Shown here: piece by piece, positions 1 to 12,329 of the stretch
Position numbering within the stretch: the first letter of the stretch is position 1
Layout of the letters: every line of letters starts with the position of its first letter
NCBI GenBank assembly: GCA_003344405.1
Contig: NOWV01000134.1
Location: forward strand, 62,001 to 126,000
Direction: 5' to 3'
Source: Trichoplax sp. H2
Lineage: Eukaryota
Length of the DNA stretch: 64,000 nt
Program-made: the position numbers and the translations under genes
The notes under the pieces: generated by a model
Told to the model about the DNA's origin: nothing
Seen by the model: the letters and a program-made list of their open reading frames with translations, nothing else
Databases searched by the model: none

Positions 1-255
1 TTTGATCCAGAACGATTTAGCTCTGAAGCAAAGAGTGAACATCATCCGTTTTCTTATCTGCCATTTGGAAGCGGACCGCGAAATTGTATCGGTATGAGAT
101 TAGCCTTACTGGAAGTGAAGATGGCATTAGTGAAATTATTGCAGAAAATTGAATTTATCACAACTAAGGATACAGAAATTCCTTTACAATTAAAGTCATT
201 GTCAACTTTATCGCCAGAGAATGGGGTGTACTTGGGTATTCGAAAGAGATACTAA
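1..255 (+). CDS. Cytochrome P450 (clan 3-like), 3' end only (copy 1, truncated by window edge)
   Basis: Frame 1 reads FDPERFSSEAKSEHHPFSYLPFGSGPRNCIGMRLALLEVK...GIRKRY*. It has PERF, the heme-binding FxxGxRxCxG motif and the same C-terminus as the downstream paralogs. Confidence 0.95.
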   Translation, partial: FDPERFSSEAKSEHHPFSYLPFGSGPRNCIGMRLALLEVKMALVKLLQKIEFITTKDTEIPLQLKSLSTLSPENGVYLGIRKRY

Positions 256-2640
256 GGCCTGCAATTAAGTCATTAAGTCACCTTTTGGATTGCCGTAAAG
301 TTGATAGCAAGGTCTGCTAAGATCTCTTTGCGGCTGCTATCGATCATATTTTCCGTGCTTAATTATCCAACGCTATAAGGCTGTATTCTTTCACTATAGC
401 TAAGTAAATATCCATAGAATTTGTACGATACGTGTACGTAACATATTATGTATAGTGCTGCTCTATCAGGTAAGTTTATAACGACTTAGGGGTAGATCAT
501 GCTTCAGAAGTGGAATATCTTCAAGCATTTTGATAATCATTGATAGCTGTTCAATTTGTTTGTCCGTACTTGAGTTGGGCAACAAAATCGATATTTTATA
601 CTGCCGTTAAGAAGCTTAAAGATATTTTCAAAAGCTAATTTACTCTAAATGCTAACAACCAGATTTGGTTAGTAATTATCAACAGAAAGTAAAATTGAGT
701 TATGGGTGATACTGAAATACATTTTTGATGATATATTATACCATTCCAATATCAATTTGCCGGTTTTTATAAAGTCATGCGCTTTGATAGCAACAAATAT
801 TACTACGGTATACTTGTAAACGTCAATAAATCATAAAATAAAATAGTCTATTTCTTTATACTGTCGTAGTAATTATCCAGGTTTATTTTCAAGTACTACC
901 GTATTAGATTTTCTCGTCCGTGATACTTTGCGTACTGGTTTAATTTAAAGTGGCTGAAGACGTATAATAATGTGTGTGGCTAACAACTAGTTCAGCAATA
1001 CCATTAATTATTATTGGTGTTATAAGAATAGTTGAGTGGCAAGATTTTGAAGGATAAAATTAAAATAAATAATTCGATCGTTACAAGTGCAAACACAGCG
1101 ATATTTTCCACTGATAGTGCAATATTAAAAGACCGGAGTACTGTATATAGATAACAAAATATAAGCCGCATGTCTACAAATCGCAGCTCTGAGATAGAAG
1201 CGATAGTGGATCAACTTAATAGCAAAATTATTACTTTTGTGGAAGAATAATTATAATATTTCTAGTAAGAAATTCAGTAGTACTTACTACAGACGAGGCG
1301 ATAGTAAAAATATAGATCCTGGAAATAGATCATGATTCCGGCGACTACTGTGTAGCGGCAGTGTACAGATTTTCTAAACACCTAATTGGCTACAGAATTC
1401 TACCAATAGGGGCAATTTCGTAAATTTTTCAGGCTTAATTTAATCGTCATTCCAAGTAATTATCTCGCGCCACTATAATGCTCTCAAACTGATTATTATT
1501 ACTTCCGTCGTTATTTATAACCTCAGATTTCTAGATCACTAGATTGATATCTTTTATGAAAATATATGGACGTTATGAGGGCCTTAAAAATAAGTTGTAA
1601 GATTTTATAGGAATGCACTGGTTGATCATTCGAACAGCGATAATAAGGACTATATCTTAATTCGGTAATAAAAAGGAGCCTATATTTTTCAGTAACAACC
1701 TTATATTGATAAACTAGTTAACGAAATTCTTAAAATTTCCGTATGAGATTTAAAAAAATGTTAACTACTATAACTTTGCTAAATTTAATGCCAATTATCA
1801 AGTGAATTAGGGTTCTACTGTAAATTGAGATATCTTCATCATTTCAAATCTCGATATGCCAGCGCTGTTATATCGCAATGTAAAAATGTTATATTGTGTA
1901 TCATATAGCATGGAATAAGTAATCGATCTGCTTATTTAGAATCTTGAACAGGTCAATTCTAATTATTGCAGATATTATACCTTGATTACTGGCAAATTAT
2001 TAAACTAATAGTAATTGATCTTTGTAATAAGTGGATTAACTAGAGCTTGTGTTCGAAATCGAGAAGCTCCAAATTTGTATTGCTAAAATAGTAGAACGTG
2101 CACCCTTTCCTCATACTAGCAACAATATGCAATTATTTTACTAGGTGCAATCGACTTTTCTATCATACGCAATTCTTTACTCCATGCTACTACCATAATT
2201 TTAGAGCCTGTAAATGCTATAATTAGCTGAAATGATATAGAGCATATATATGTGTAATGCCACTACAGCATATGAAAAAGATCTAGCCGTTGCTAAGCTG
2301 ACGTATATGACGTAAATGCATTATGCAAATTTTACAGCATAGAGTATAAATAAATACACAGTACAGGATAGTAGATGAAAAATAATATTCTTAATCGTAT
2401 TGTAAACCTACAAATGGTTGATGATAGTGTTTATCAGCTGCGGCAATATTAATATTTCATCGATAAAACTTAACTAAATACATTTTGATGTTAATAATAT
2501 TTATATAAAATTAGTGCTGCTGGTACTCAACTTCCACCTAGTAAATCTATGGAGCTGATCTAATCTTTAACTTATAATCAGTAAGCATAAAGTAAATGAT
2601 AATACATTACCAACTGATTTACGGATTGATTGAAAACGGA

Positions 2641-4167
2641 ATGCACTTACAACAGAATATATTGAGTATTTTATGGCTACCCCAGTCATTTACACTTTTA
2701 ATTGTGGTAGGAGTTGTCATGATTTTGATTTGTTTCATTTATAAAGTTGGAATTGTCCCTCGTCGAAAGCTGAAAAGAATTGGATTACCTTATCCCGCGC
2801 CAACATTCTTAAAAGGTAACTTGTTCGATTATGGTGCTGATCAACAGCACATTGCTCAAATAGAATGGGGCAAAAAATATGGTGATGCCTATGCAGCGTT
2901 ATTTTTATATATACCTGCAGTTTGGATTGCTAATCCGAATACTTTAAAAACTATACTAGTTAAAGAATTTAGTAGTTTTAGTAATCGCTATCCATTTACT
3001 CAAGCATTATCACCGTTTGATAAAACATTGCCGGAATTAAAAGATCACGATTGGAAAAGAGTTCGGACGATTTTAATGACTACTGTAACTGCATCGAAGC
3101 TTCGACTTACTATGCCAATAATTAAACATGCAAGTGATGAATTTATTCATCGACTGATCACTGCTGATCAAAAGAGTCAAAAATTAGACATATGGACTTT
3201 AAGTGGTCAATTTTCTATCCAAGTAATTCTTGGTACCGCATTTGGAATTGAAGTTGGATCAAAACAGCAAGAAGAGAAGTTAATCAAAGCTGCAAGTGAT
3301 ATTTTTAGAACCGAGAATGTTGGAACTATCCAAATTATTTTGCGATTTCTAGTATTTGCTAATCCGATAATATTTGCTCCAATTGAGCGATTGTTAGGTG
3401 GAAATTTTTGTAGCTCTGTACGGCATATTGTTGAAATAACTAAAGCTGTTATTAAAGAACGCCGGAATAATCTCGCTCATGATCGACCATGCCGTAAGGA
3501 TGTCTTACAATATATGATTGAGGCAGATGGCAGTAACCAACTTTCAGACGATGAAATGATCAGTCAAGCATTTGTCTTTCTTGTCGCCGGTTATGAGACA
3601 ACTCAAAACGCTTTAACATTCGCTTGCTACTCATTAGCGACCAATCCTGATATCCAACGAAAACTAATTGACGAAATTGATAGCAAATTTCCTATCAGTG
3701 ATTCTCTAGACTACAATATTGTATCAGAAATGCCCTATTTGGATATGGTAATAGCAGAAACGCTGCGATTATATCCTCCGGCGATTACTACTAACCGTGA
3801 AGTGAGTCAATCCATGATAATCGATGGGATACATATACCCAAGGATGTTATCTTGGCTATTCCTATCTATTCTATTCATCGGGATCCAACATATTGGCAT
3901 GATCCAGAACAATTTATTCCCGAACGTTTTACTTCAGAAGCAAAAGCAAGTCGTAATCCTTATGCCTATCTACCATTTGGTATTGGACCGCGCAATTGTG
4001 TTGGCATGAGATTGGCTTTACTGGAGCTAAAAGTAGCCTTAGTCAAGACGTTGCAAAATATTGAATTTTTTGCAAACAAAGAAACTGAAGTTCCTTTGAA
4101 ATTAAAATCTTTGTCCACCTTATCACCGGTAAATCCACTATACTTGGGGATTCGCAAAAGATTCTGA
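2641..4167 (+). CDS. Cytochrome P450, clan 3-like, intronless (copy 2)
   Basis: ORF 2596-4167; ATG 2641 is the likelier start by comparison with paralog N-termini. N-terminal anchor, WKRVR, AGYETT, ETLR, PERF, FGIGPRNCVG. Confidence 0.95.
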   Translation: MHLQQNILSILWLPQSFTLLIVVGVVMILICFIYKVGIVPRRKLKRIGLPYPAPTFLKGNLFDYGADQQHIAQIEWGKKYGDAYAALFLYIPAVWIANPNTLKTILVKEFSSFSNRYPFTQALSPFDKTLPELKDHDWKRVRTILMTTVTASKLRLTMPIIKHASDEFIHRLITADQKSQKLDIWTLSGQFSIQVILGTAFGIEVGSKQQEEKLIKAASDIFRTENVGTIQIILRFLVFANPIIFAPIERLLGGNFCSSVRHIVEITKAVIKERRNNLAHDRPCRKDVLQYMIEADGSNQLSDDEMISQAFVFLVAGYETTQNALTFACYSLATNPDIQRKLIDEIDSKFPISDSLDYNIVSEMPYLDMVIAETLRLYPPAITTNREVSQSMIIDGIHIPKDVILAIPIYSIHRDPTYWHDPEQFIPERFTSEAKASRNPYAYLPFGIGPRNCVGMRLALLELKVALVKTLQNIEFFANKETEVPLKLKSLSTLSPVNPLYLGIRKRF

Positions 4168-7100
4168 CTAGTTTAACTAGTATTTATATTTTATACGGTC
4201 ATGTTAATTATTGTCTTGCTTGTGACACTGTCTGAGGTTTGCTCAAGACTGGCTAGACTGGGCTTTTTTTTTATCTTGATAGCTCATTAGTAGGACTATC
4301 ACTTAAAAGATTTAATTTTTTGCACAATGATGTTATACAGTTCAATAAATTAACTCTAGTATTTATGAACAGGTTATGTCGTGCGATTTCAATATTTTTA
4401 TTTTTAATTAAGCTCTCTTTCATCATAGAAGCTAGATAATCAAACTGATATAATGCGATATATTCTCTGTCAATGTAATATGCATATATAAAGAGATATT
4501 AAATAGTTTCTAATCAAATGATATGTATTCTCTATTGATAGTAAATTAAGTGTATGCGTACGGTGGTACAAAAAAATCGGTATATTATGTAAAAATTAAA
4601 ATTGAATTACTACAATTCATTTAAATTTCTAATAGAGAGTCTAGCTCGTCTAAAAAGCAATTTATGTTTGAAGACAGACATTTTCCGTTAGCTATTTGCA
4701 TGATCTGTTCTGTTGAACATGATTTGGAAGCAAATCCGTTAAATCAAATCAAATTATGATTGCATGCCATTGCAAACTAAATTAAAATTATTCTCGAATG
4801 TATGCCTATTGTAAATCAAAGCTATGATAAAGAAATTTTATTCGTAGCTCGTCTATGCATAACATGGATGGTCTATTGCCTTCAATTTTATGATTGGTAT
4901 TATTTAAGCTTCTTGTACTTTCTTAGAATCATGGTAATAATTATTGCATTATACCATACGGTTTGCTGTACTTGCGAAGCTGCAGTAAAGCCATCTTACT
5001 CACAGCTCATCTTTGCATAAAGTCATCACAATATTTACTACTACTACAGTATAATTATGCACTATGTCAAATATCTAATATGATTATTGTTGTTTTGAAT
5101 TGATTTTCGAGACCGGTACAATAAACTCAGTCGCTGATATCCGACGCAGTAACGATAAATTTGTTCCTTGCCGTAATTTAGTACTCCAATAAGATTATAT
5201 ACAATAAAAAATATGAACATGTTCTATCCAACAGTTACGGTGTTTCGATTTATTTCACATAGAATTATAGCTAACATATACGAGAAAACAGGAACCATTA
5301 GTAAAGTTATTCTTATTAGTTTTGGGAATTATTTTGATCAAAACTGTGATGCCTTCAAAGATATATATTCATATCATGCAATAAGTGCTAATCATAAAAT
5401 AAGTTACCGTATTTTACTGTACTAACCATGGATTTTAAGGTGAAGGGATAAGTAAGGGAATTATTAAAATAAATAACAACTAAATTATTATGTCTGTACA
5501 AAACACACTATTAGGATATTTTAAGGAACACAAGCGCAGAAATGCTTGGTATTGATAGTGCAGCGTATACTATTGTGTAATTTAAATCACTTGTGAAATC
5601 ATTTGTACAATTAAATTGTTTCTTTTCGTTGATGAGTTAATATAATTGGTCCATTGCGTTGCCAAGGTTGCTTTTGGCGATAGAGATGCCAGAACTTCAT
5701 GGTTGGAATTAGCTTGTGATTGCAATGTTTGTAAGCTAGCTATCAATTATATAATGTAATTTTGGAGTTAAGATTGATATTCATTTATGATAGCTACTAG
5801 ATGGCAGTTCTATTACTTAGTTTACTTACCAAGTCTACGAAAAACTGAGCATTATTTCCATTTTCTGATGGGAAGCTTGTAAATTTTTCTAAAATGTACA
5901 AAATTTGAATCAGTCAGCATTTGCATTAGTCAATAGATAAACTAACCGATACGGTGAAGTAAATACGTTAAGGTTACCAAACATTTTGATATACACGTGT
6001 TGTTACTTTGGCAAGCCTTAGCTAGTTCATTGATTATATTACTATTGCGGTTATTAATACAGCCCTTATCCCTAGCGATGAGTAATTTTAATGCGATTGT
6101 ATAAAACACTAAAACTATAATCACGTTAGGCATGCTTGAATAACGCTTTCGTATTGTTAATAAATGGCTATTACTTACTTCGAATCCTGCCAGATATTAC
6201 CGTACGTATTTTCAGTAATAGAAATTATAATTCTGATGAAATATTATAATAAAGTTAAGTATTACGCTAAAATCTTGATATTGCCATAACTATTCTGCTA
6301 AATTCTAAAATATGTAGATATTTCTGCTTAGTCTACAGCCGTTCGAATCCTGATGAAATTTAAAATACAATTACGTTGCCAAATTATAAGTTATACACGA
6401 AAGTAACTTTTCAGTAAACTATTGAAACGTTATAAATTGGTGATATTTATATGCTTCAGCAGCACTAATACGGACTATTATTATCCAACAAGTGATCTAG
6501 TAACTAAATAAAATCTCCAAAATACTTTTAATTTGTTAAAATAAGTAAGGTAAAATTGGGAAATTTACTTAAATCTGATTTAAATTTGATATGCTATAAT
6601 ATGCATATGTTGATCTTATATGGACATGACAACAAGACCAATGATCGCATCTACCGTAATTTAAAGTTGACTTGTAATAAACTGTCTTCCAGCTAATCCT
6701 CTGAAACTTTCTTTTACCTTTTCGTTCACTTCTAGAGTTTCTCCTGACGCTTAGGCTAGAATAGATTTAATTTGATTAATTTTAATAGTTGTTTATATAC
6801 ACTTGCTTTTCGAAAAGCTTCGAAACATAGCTTAGGAGTACTGTACGAATAATTGATTATTTAATTTGACAAGGATTCATCCGTCCATCTAGCTACAACT
6901 ATACCACATACGATATTATGTAATATAATGCGTATCAATTATTTTTAATAGCAAGAAAATAAGTAATGCTCTATTTCTTGATCTACCACGGTAAAGTAAA
7001 GCGAGTCTCTTCTCTAAAACAAGATCAAAATTAATCATATATCTCAGATTTGGTTGAGAGAAATTAATATCTGCTTAAGTTTTGAAGTAATTTTATGTAA

Positions 7101-7884
7101 ATATTGAGAAGAATAATAGGTTTATTTAATTTTGGTTATCATAAGTTGATCCTTCTATTGATTATTCTGAAAAGGCACGTAGAAGAAATGCTCTTAATTC
7201 ATCTGGGTGAGAGGTCGATGGCATTATGATATAATTTCCTGCAGGTAAATTATAACGTAATGTTACTTCTCTCATGTTATGCCTTCCCCACTTGTTCCAT
7301 CTAAAAATATAAAAGCTCAACATAGGGCAGGATGCTTGTCATAATGGATACATGTTGCTAAGTGGAGCGATAGAATAAATATGATAAAATCAATTGAATG
7401 CAGACTTTATAGATGTGATATCTAACAAGTTTTGTGATATCGCAATAAGTAAATAAGAATATATCCCGATGTTTTCAAGAATCTTACTAGCTGATGTAAT
7501 ATTACCTAAAACTTCCCTTTCAGCTTTTAAATACATACATACAATACTTGTTTAGTTATCGTAATTAATAAGACCAATTGAATCATAATTTATTGTATGC
7601 TATTTGTTTCCTTGGGTACGCTATTGTCTGAATCTGTATATCTAGGATGTGGGCCTGGCATTACAGTGTTATTATATACTGTAGGCTAGTTGGAATCGGA
7701 ACAGATTAGATGATCGCATCAAACGTAATCTCGAAGCAGTATGTGGTATCAACTTGAGTAAAAACGGCGGAAAATAGAAATATCGGCATAAGCGAAGATT
7801 GAAGGTTTCTAATAAAAGTTTGTGATTACTTTGGTTGTAAAATACTTGATTATCACCAAGACACCATTGATTAGTAGAAAAATA

Positions 7885-9402
7885 ATGATTCTAGATTCGA
7901 TTTTTGCCTGGTTACCACAATCATGGATGTGGTACATACTAGCTGTGTTAGCTATTGCTGTGTTAAACATGTTTTACAAGATTGTCGTTGCACCTCGTCT
8001 GAAGTTAAGAAAATTAGGATTACCATATCCTCCACCATCTCCGGTGATAGGAAATCTAAACGATTTTGGACCTAATAGTACACATATTGCCCAAATAGAG
8101 TGGCAGAAAAAATATGGCGATATCTATGCTGTGCAATTCTTCCATGTTCCTTCCATTTGGATTTCTAAGCCTGATATCTTGAGACAAATCATGGTTAAAG
8201 ATTTTAGTAATTTTCCCAACCATTTTTCATTTAATCAGTCGCTGCCTCCTTTTGATAAAACTGTAGCTGAACTACGAGATCATGATTGGAAACGTGTCAG
8301 AAATATCTTAGTGCCTACATTTACAACCTCTAAGCTACGCGTTGTTGTACCATTAATTAAACAAGCAACAAATGAGTTTATTCAACGATTAATTGAAGCT
8401 GATACCAAAGGTGAAAAATTAGATATGTGGAGCTCATGTGGACAACTATCGATGAAAGTAATTCTAGGTACAGCGTTTGGTGTCGAGATTGAATCAAAGG
8501 AACAAGAAGAGAAACTGACTAAAGCAGCCGGAGTCTTTTTTAGGACTGATGATATGAGTAAACTACAAACCCTTTTACAGTTTTTAGTATTCACGATGCC
8601 GAATGTTTTTAAGCATATAGAACCTCTCCTAGGGGGTCGATTCTCAAATGCTGTGAACTATATCGTTGATATAACGAAAAATGTTATCCGAGAGCGACGA
8701 GATAATCTTGCTGCTGGTAAACCTTGTCGTAAAGATATGATGCAACACATGATCGAAGCTGGCGGTCAGGATAAGCTTTCAGATGATGAAATTGTAAGTC
8801 AGGCAGTTATATTTCTTTTAGCCGGTTACGAGACTACACAGAATGCTCTATCCTTTACAATCTATGCACTAGCAACGAATCCTGAAGCACAGCAAAAATT
8901 AATCGATGAAATAGATAGTCATTGTCTTGACGGCGATTCTATCAACTATGATATAATATCGTCCATGTCTTATTTGGACATGGTTATTTCGGAGACTTTA
9001 AGGCTCTATCCTCCAGCTACTATTACTAATCGCGACGTTAAGAAATCTACAACAATAGACGGAATATTTTTCCCCGATGATATCATGGTAGGCATTCCAA
9101 TCTATGCTATTCATCACGATGCTCGATTGTGGCCAGAGCCTGAACGATTTAAACCTGAACGTTTTACACCAGAGGCAAAAGCAAATCAACATCCATTTGC
9201 TTATTTACCGTTCGGCAATGGACCACGAAACTGTATCGGTATGAGATTGGCCTTATTAGAAGTAAAGCTAGCTTTAATCAAGATATTGCAAAACGTGGAA
9301 TTTGTAGCTATAAAGGAAACGGAAGTACCTTTAAAATTACGATCTATCAACACTTTAGCTCCTACTAATCCGATATATTTGGGCATTCGAAAACGATTTT
9401 AA
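7885..9402 (+). CDS. Cytochrome P450, clan 3-like, intronless (copy 3)
   Basis: ORF from 7822 (GTG), first ATG at 7885. Anchor, Pro-rich hinge, WKRVR, AGYETT, ETLR, PERF, FGNGPRNCIG. Confidence 0.96.
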   Translation: MILDSIFAWLPQSWMWYILAVLAIAVLNMFYKIVVAPRLKLRKLGLPYPPPSPVIGNLNDFGPNSTHIAQIEWQKKYGDIYAVQFFHVPSIWISKPDILRQIMVKDFSNFPNHFSFNQSLPPFDKTVAELRDHDWKRVRNILVPTFTTSKLRVVVPLIKQATNEFIQRLIEADTKGEKLDMWSSCGQLSMKVILGTAFGVEIESKEQEEKLTKAAGVFFRTDDMSKLQTLLQFLVFTMPNVFKHIEPLLGGRFSNAVNYIVDITKNVIRERRDNLAAGKPCRKDMMQHMIEAGGQDKLSDDEIVSQAVIFLLAGYETTQNALSFTIYALATNPEAQQKLIDEIDSHCLDGDSINYDIISSMSYLDMVISETLRLYPPATITNRDVKKSTTIDGIFFPDDIMVGIPIYAIHHDARLWPEPERFKPERFTPEAKANQHPFAYLPFGNGPRNCIGMRLALLEVKLALIKILQNVEFVAIKETEVPLKLRSINTLAPTNPIYLGIRKRF

Positions 9403-11309
9403 ATCATAAACTTTTATTGCTGGCTAAAATAATTGAGCTAAAGGTTAGATGTAGCACTGGATAGTTTCATTCGCCTTTGGATCTAATGGAGACATACAGT
9501 AGCGTAGTTTATCAGTATAAAAATCCAGTTACGGTACTTGTTGCTCGATAGAGCCCTCTGTTCGATTTTTACTATAGCGATCAAGGATATATTATACTAA
9601 TGACGTTTATAAAGAAATAATCTTAAGGATAATGTCTTTGTCGCCTTAATTGTTCTTATTGAGTTTAACTAGTGTGTTTAATTGAAGATAATCTCTGATT
9701 AGGAAATTAAAGGTTCATCTATAAATCTTTATCTTTACAGAGCTTCATAAGCGGCTTTTCTATTTAATCTCTTACAAAGACGTTAAATAATAATTTTTAA
9801 TTCTATCATAGTCTAAAGATACGTATCTTACAGTTTCATAAATTCAACTAAATTTCAGTTGCTGTGGTACCTAAGATCATAGAGCGCTGTGCTCAATTGC
9901 AAAAATAAATCTATTGGAGAAATTTTATAAGTCTAGGCTAATTAATATGCATTCTATAATGCTTCCTTCAGTTGTATTAAATATCATTTTATTCGTGATC
10001 AAGTGCGGAGGACGTTATAATAATGCAGTATGTGACTTCTTTAATTCGGTAGAGCAGATCATTAATTCATCTAGTTTGGATGCACTGTCGATCAATCCTT
10101 AAGGGTCTGTATTTAGCAAGCATTTGCAACTCAGAACTGTTTCTACAATGTGTATGACATGGATGCAGCCCGAAATGCGATTTTTCAGCTTTCAGTGCAT
10201 AGAATGAATATATTCACTTATTAAAGAAATGTCTACTACCGTATACTGTATTCTATCTGTGTACTTGAGTACGCCATGATCTGAATTTACCTATCCAGAG
10301 TGTGAAGACAACATTGTATTGTACTTGTTTAAAGCAGTTATGATCTGGAAAATTAGATGAGCATATCAGACATGATCCCTGTCTGATATACTGTACAGCA
10401 TCAACTCGAGTGCAAGCGGTAAAAAATAAAATATCGGAATAACCGTAGATTGAAGGTTTTCAATCTTTCATAATTAGATTACCAATAATTTGAATCAAAG
10501 TTATTGATATTTTTCACTACGTTATCCTTACTTTAATTGTTCCTATTAATCAGTGAATGTTACTGTAGCTGTGATCCATAGTCACTGGTTATAAGATTTT
10601 GTGGGTACATCTTAAAGCCTTTACCTGTTAAAGTCAATAGTTTATTGCTGTACTTCGATTTAATCTATTGCTAAGAAAATGAATGAAAATTTTCAATTCT
10701 ATCATTATTTATCGATGTGTTATAATTTAATAAATTTGACGTAATTTCATTTGCGGTGGTAATATTGCGAGATCCAAGTACAACTCTCGGATCGCAAATC
10801 ATAGTCTATTAGTAAAACTACGGTATAAATCATCGTTGATTTATATATGTTATTGATCGATTTCTTTAGATATTTTTGATATTATTTCATTTTTATGTAA
10901 TAATATATGATTTATTAAATTCCGTACACTTTACACTCCATTCGGTTGTAGATCGCATTATCGACCAATTTTTAGGTGTCTATATTTAATCAATACTTGA
11001 AAATAATCTTTAAAAAAGGGATTGTAGAATATACATTTTACCGTGTATCATGAAGAGCTCAGTGAATAAAAATTTCGGTATAAGGGCTTTTACAAACTGA
11101 ATAGGTAAGTCAGGTCTAGGTAAATGCTACCAGAACAGTTTTAGTAATTGGATAGCTGTAACCTTAAAAAATGGAGAAATCCTGATGTGATAAATTATCT
11201 AAAATAGTTGTGTAAGAGCTCAGTTCTAGTAAAGCTTCACTTTGTTTCATATATCTGGTCATCTTCTAAATTACTATGGAATAACTATCAAATGTCTAAT
11301 TTTCTACGA

Positions 11310-11600
11310 TTAAAAAAACAATTCTTGTCACAATTGCATACAGGCAGTGTTAATTAATTGTCCGTACAACTTTGTTACGTAGGGAGACTTTTACCAGCCC
11401 ATATCCAATGGCTTGCCATTGCTTTATTCTATCTTATAGTGTGTGAAATTAGAGCAGCAAGATTTTGTAGCCATGTTTGTGTACATACGTAAAATGATGC
11501 AAAATTGCGATGAACCACGGGATATCCTTTACCAATCTGCATCTTTATGACATTTACCTCTTGAATGCTTATTACCATAATCTTACCGTATACTGATAGT
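11310..11600 (+). repeat. Diverged ~290-bp direct repeat, copy A
   Basis: Aligns by eye with 13450-13730 (shared blocks aaaacaattcttgt, agacttttacca, tattctatctta, agcaagatttt, aaaatgatgcaaaatt, catttacctc, attaccataatcttac). Confidence 0.8.
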
Positions 11601-11667
11601 AGTATAATGCATAGCAGGTGCGTAATTCAAAAATTGCCAAGGAATATCTATCACCTGTCTAACTTGT

Positions 11668-12016
11668 CAAAGACGAAATCAGATATTCGTACATTTTTAG
11701 GCCTTACCGGCTACTATAGAAAATTTATACGTAATTACGCAGAATTAGCTGTGCCTTTAACGGATTTGCTCAGGAAGAAGTCTCTGGATCCGGTCTCTTG
11801 GAATCAAAACTGTGATGAAGCATTTTGTAGATTAAAAAATAGTTTAACTAAGTCACCTGTTCTAAAAATTGTTGAACCAACGTTACCATATATACTACAA
11901 ACTGATGCATGTAATAGAGGTATTGGAGCTATTCTTAGTCAAACTGATAGTAATGATGATGAACATCCAATTGCCTTCATTTCACGAAAATTGTTAAAGC
12001 ACGAGATTGCGTACAG
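11668..12016 (+). mobile_element. Ty3/gypsy-type pol fragment (RT connection/RNase H start); near-identical to 12472-12820, ends at N gap
   Basis: Translates KTKSDIRTFLGLTGYYRKFI...LQTDACNRGIGAILSQ...HPIAFISRKL. It differs from the second copy by a handful of substitutions. Confidence 0.9.
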
Positions 12017-12329
12017 NNNNNNNNNNNNNNNNNNNNATAATTTTAATGACAGATCCAACATGTTGCAAGTCATTTGACATTAGATATGGATACGGAAATA
12101 TTTAGCTTTTAATAATTGTAATAGAAGTTATTGAGCCTAGTAACTACAACAATGTCAGTTTGCTTAGGAAAGTTAAAGTTAGAAACATCAAATAAAGCAT
12201 TTGAAATTATAAATCATATTTTGATGGAGATTCAATGACTGATCCAATAATTTTTTGTTTGTATACTGATACTTGAGTGTAAGGAATAGTCCACAGATAC
12301 TATACACATTTGCCATAAACTAATGTATA

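Noticed and set aside
11565..11667. N-terminal part of the 170-aa ORF
   Set aside because: It is flanking DNA that happens to be in frame. Pol homology starts only at ~11668, and the ORF runs through an N gap.
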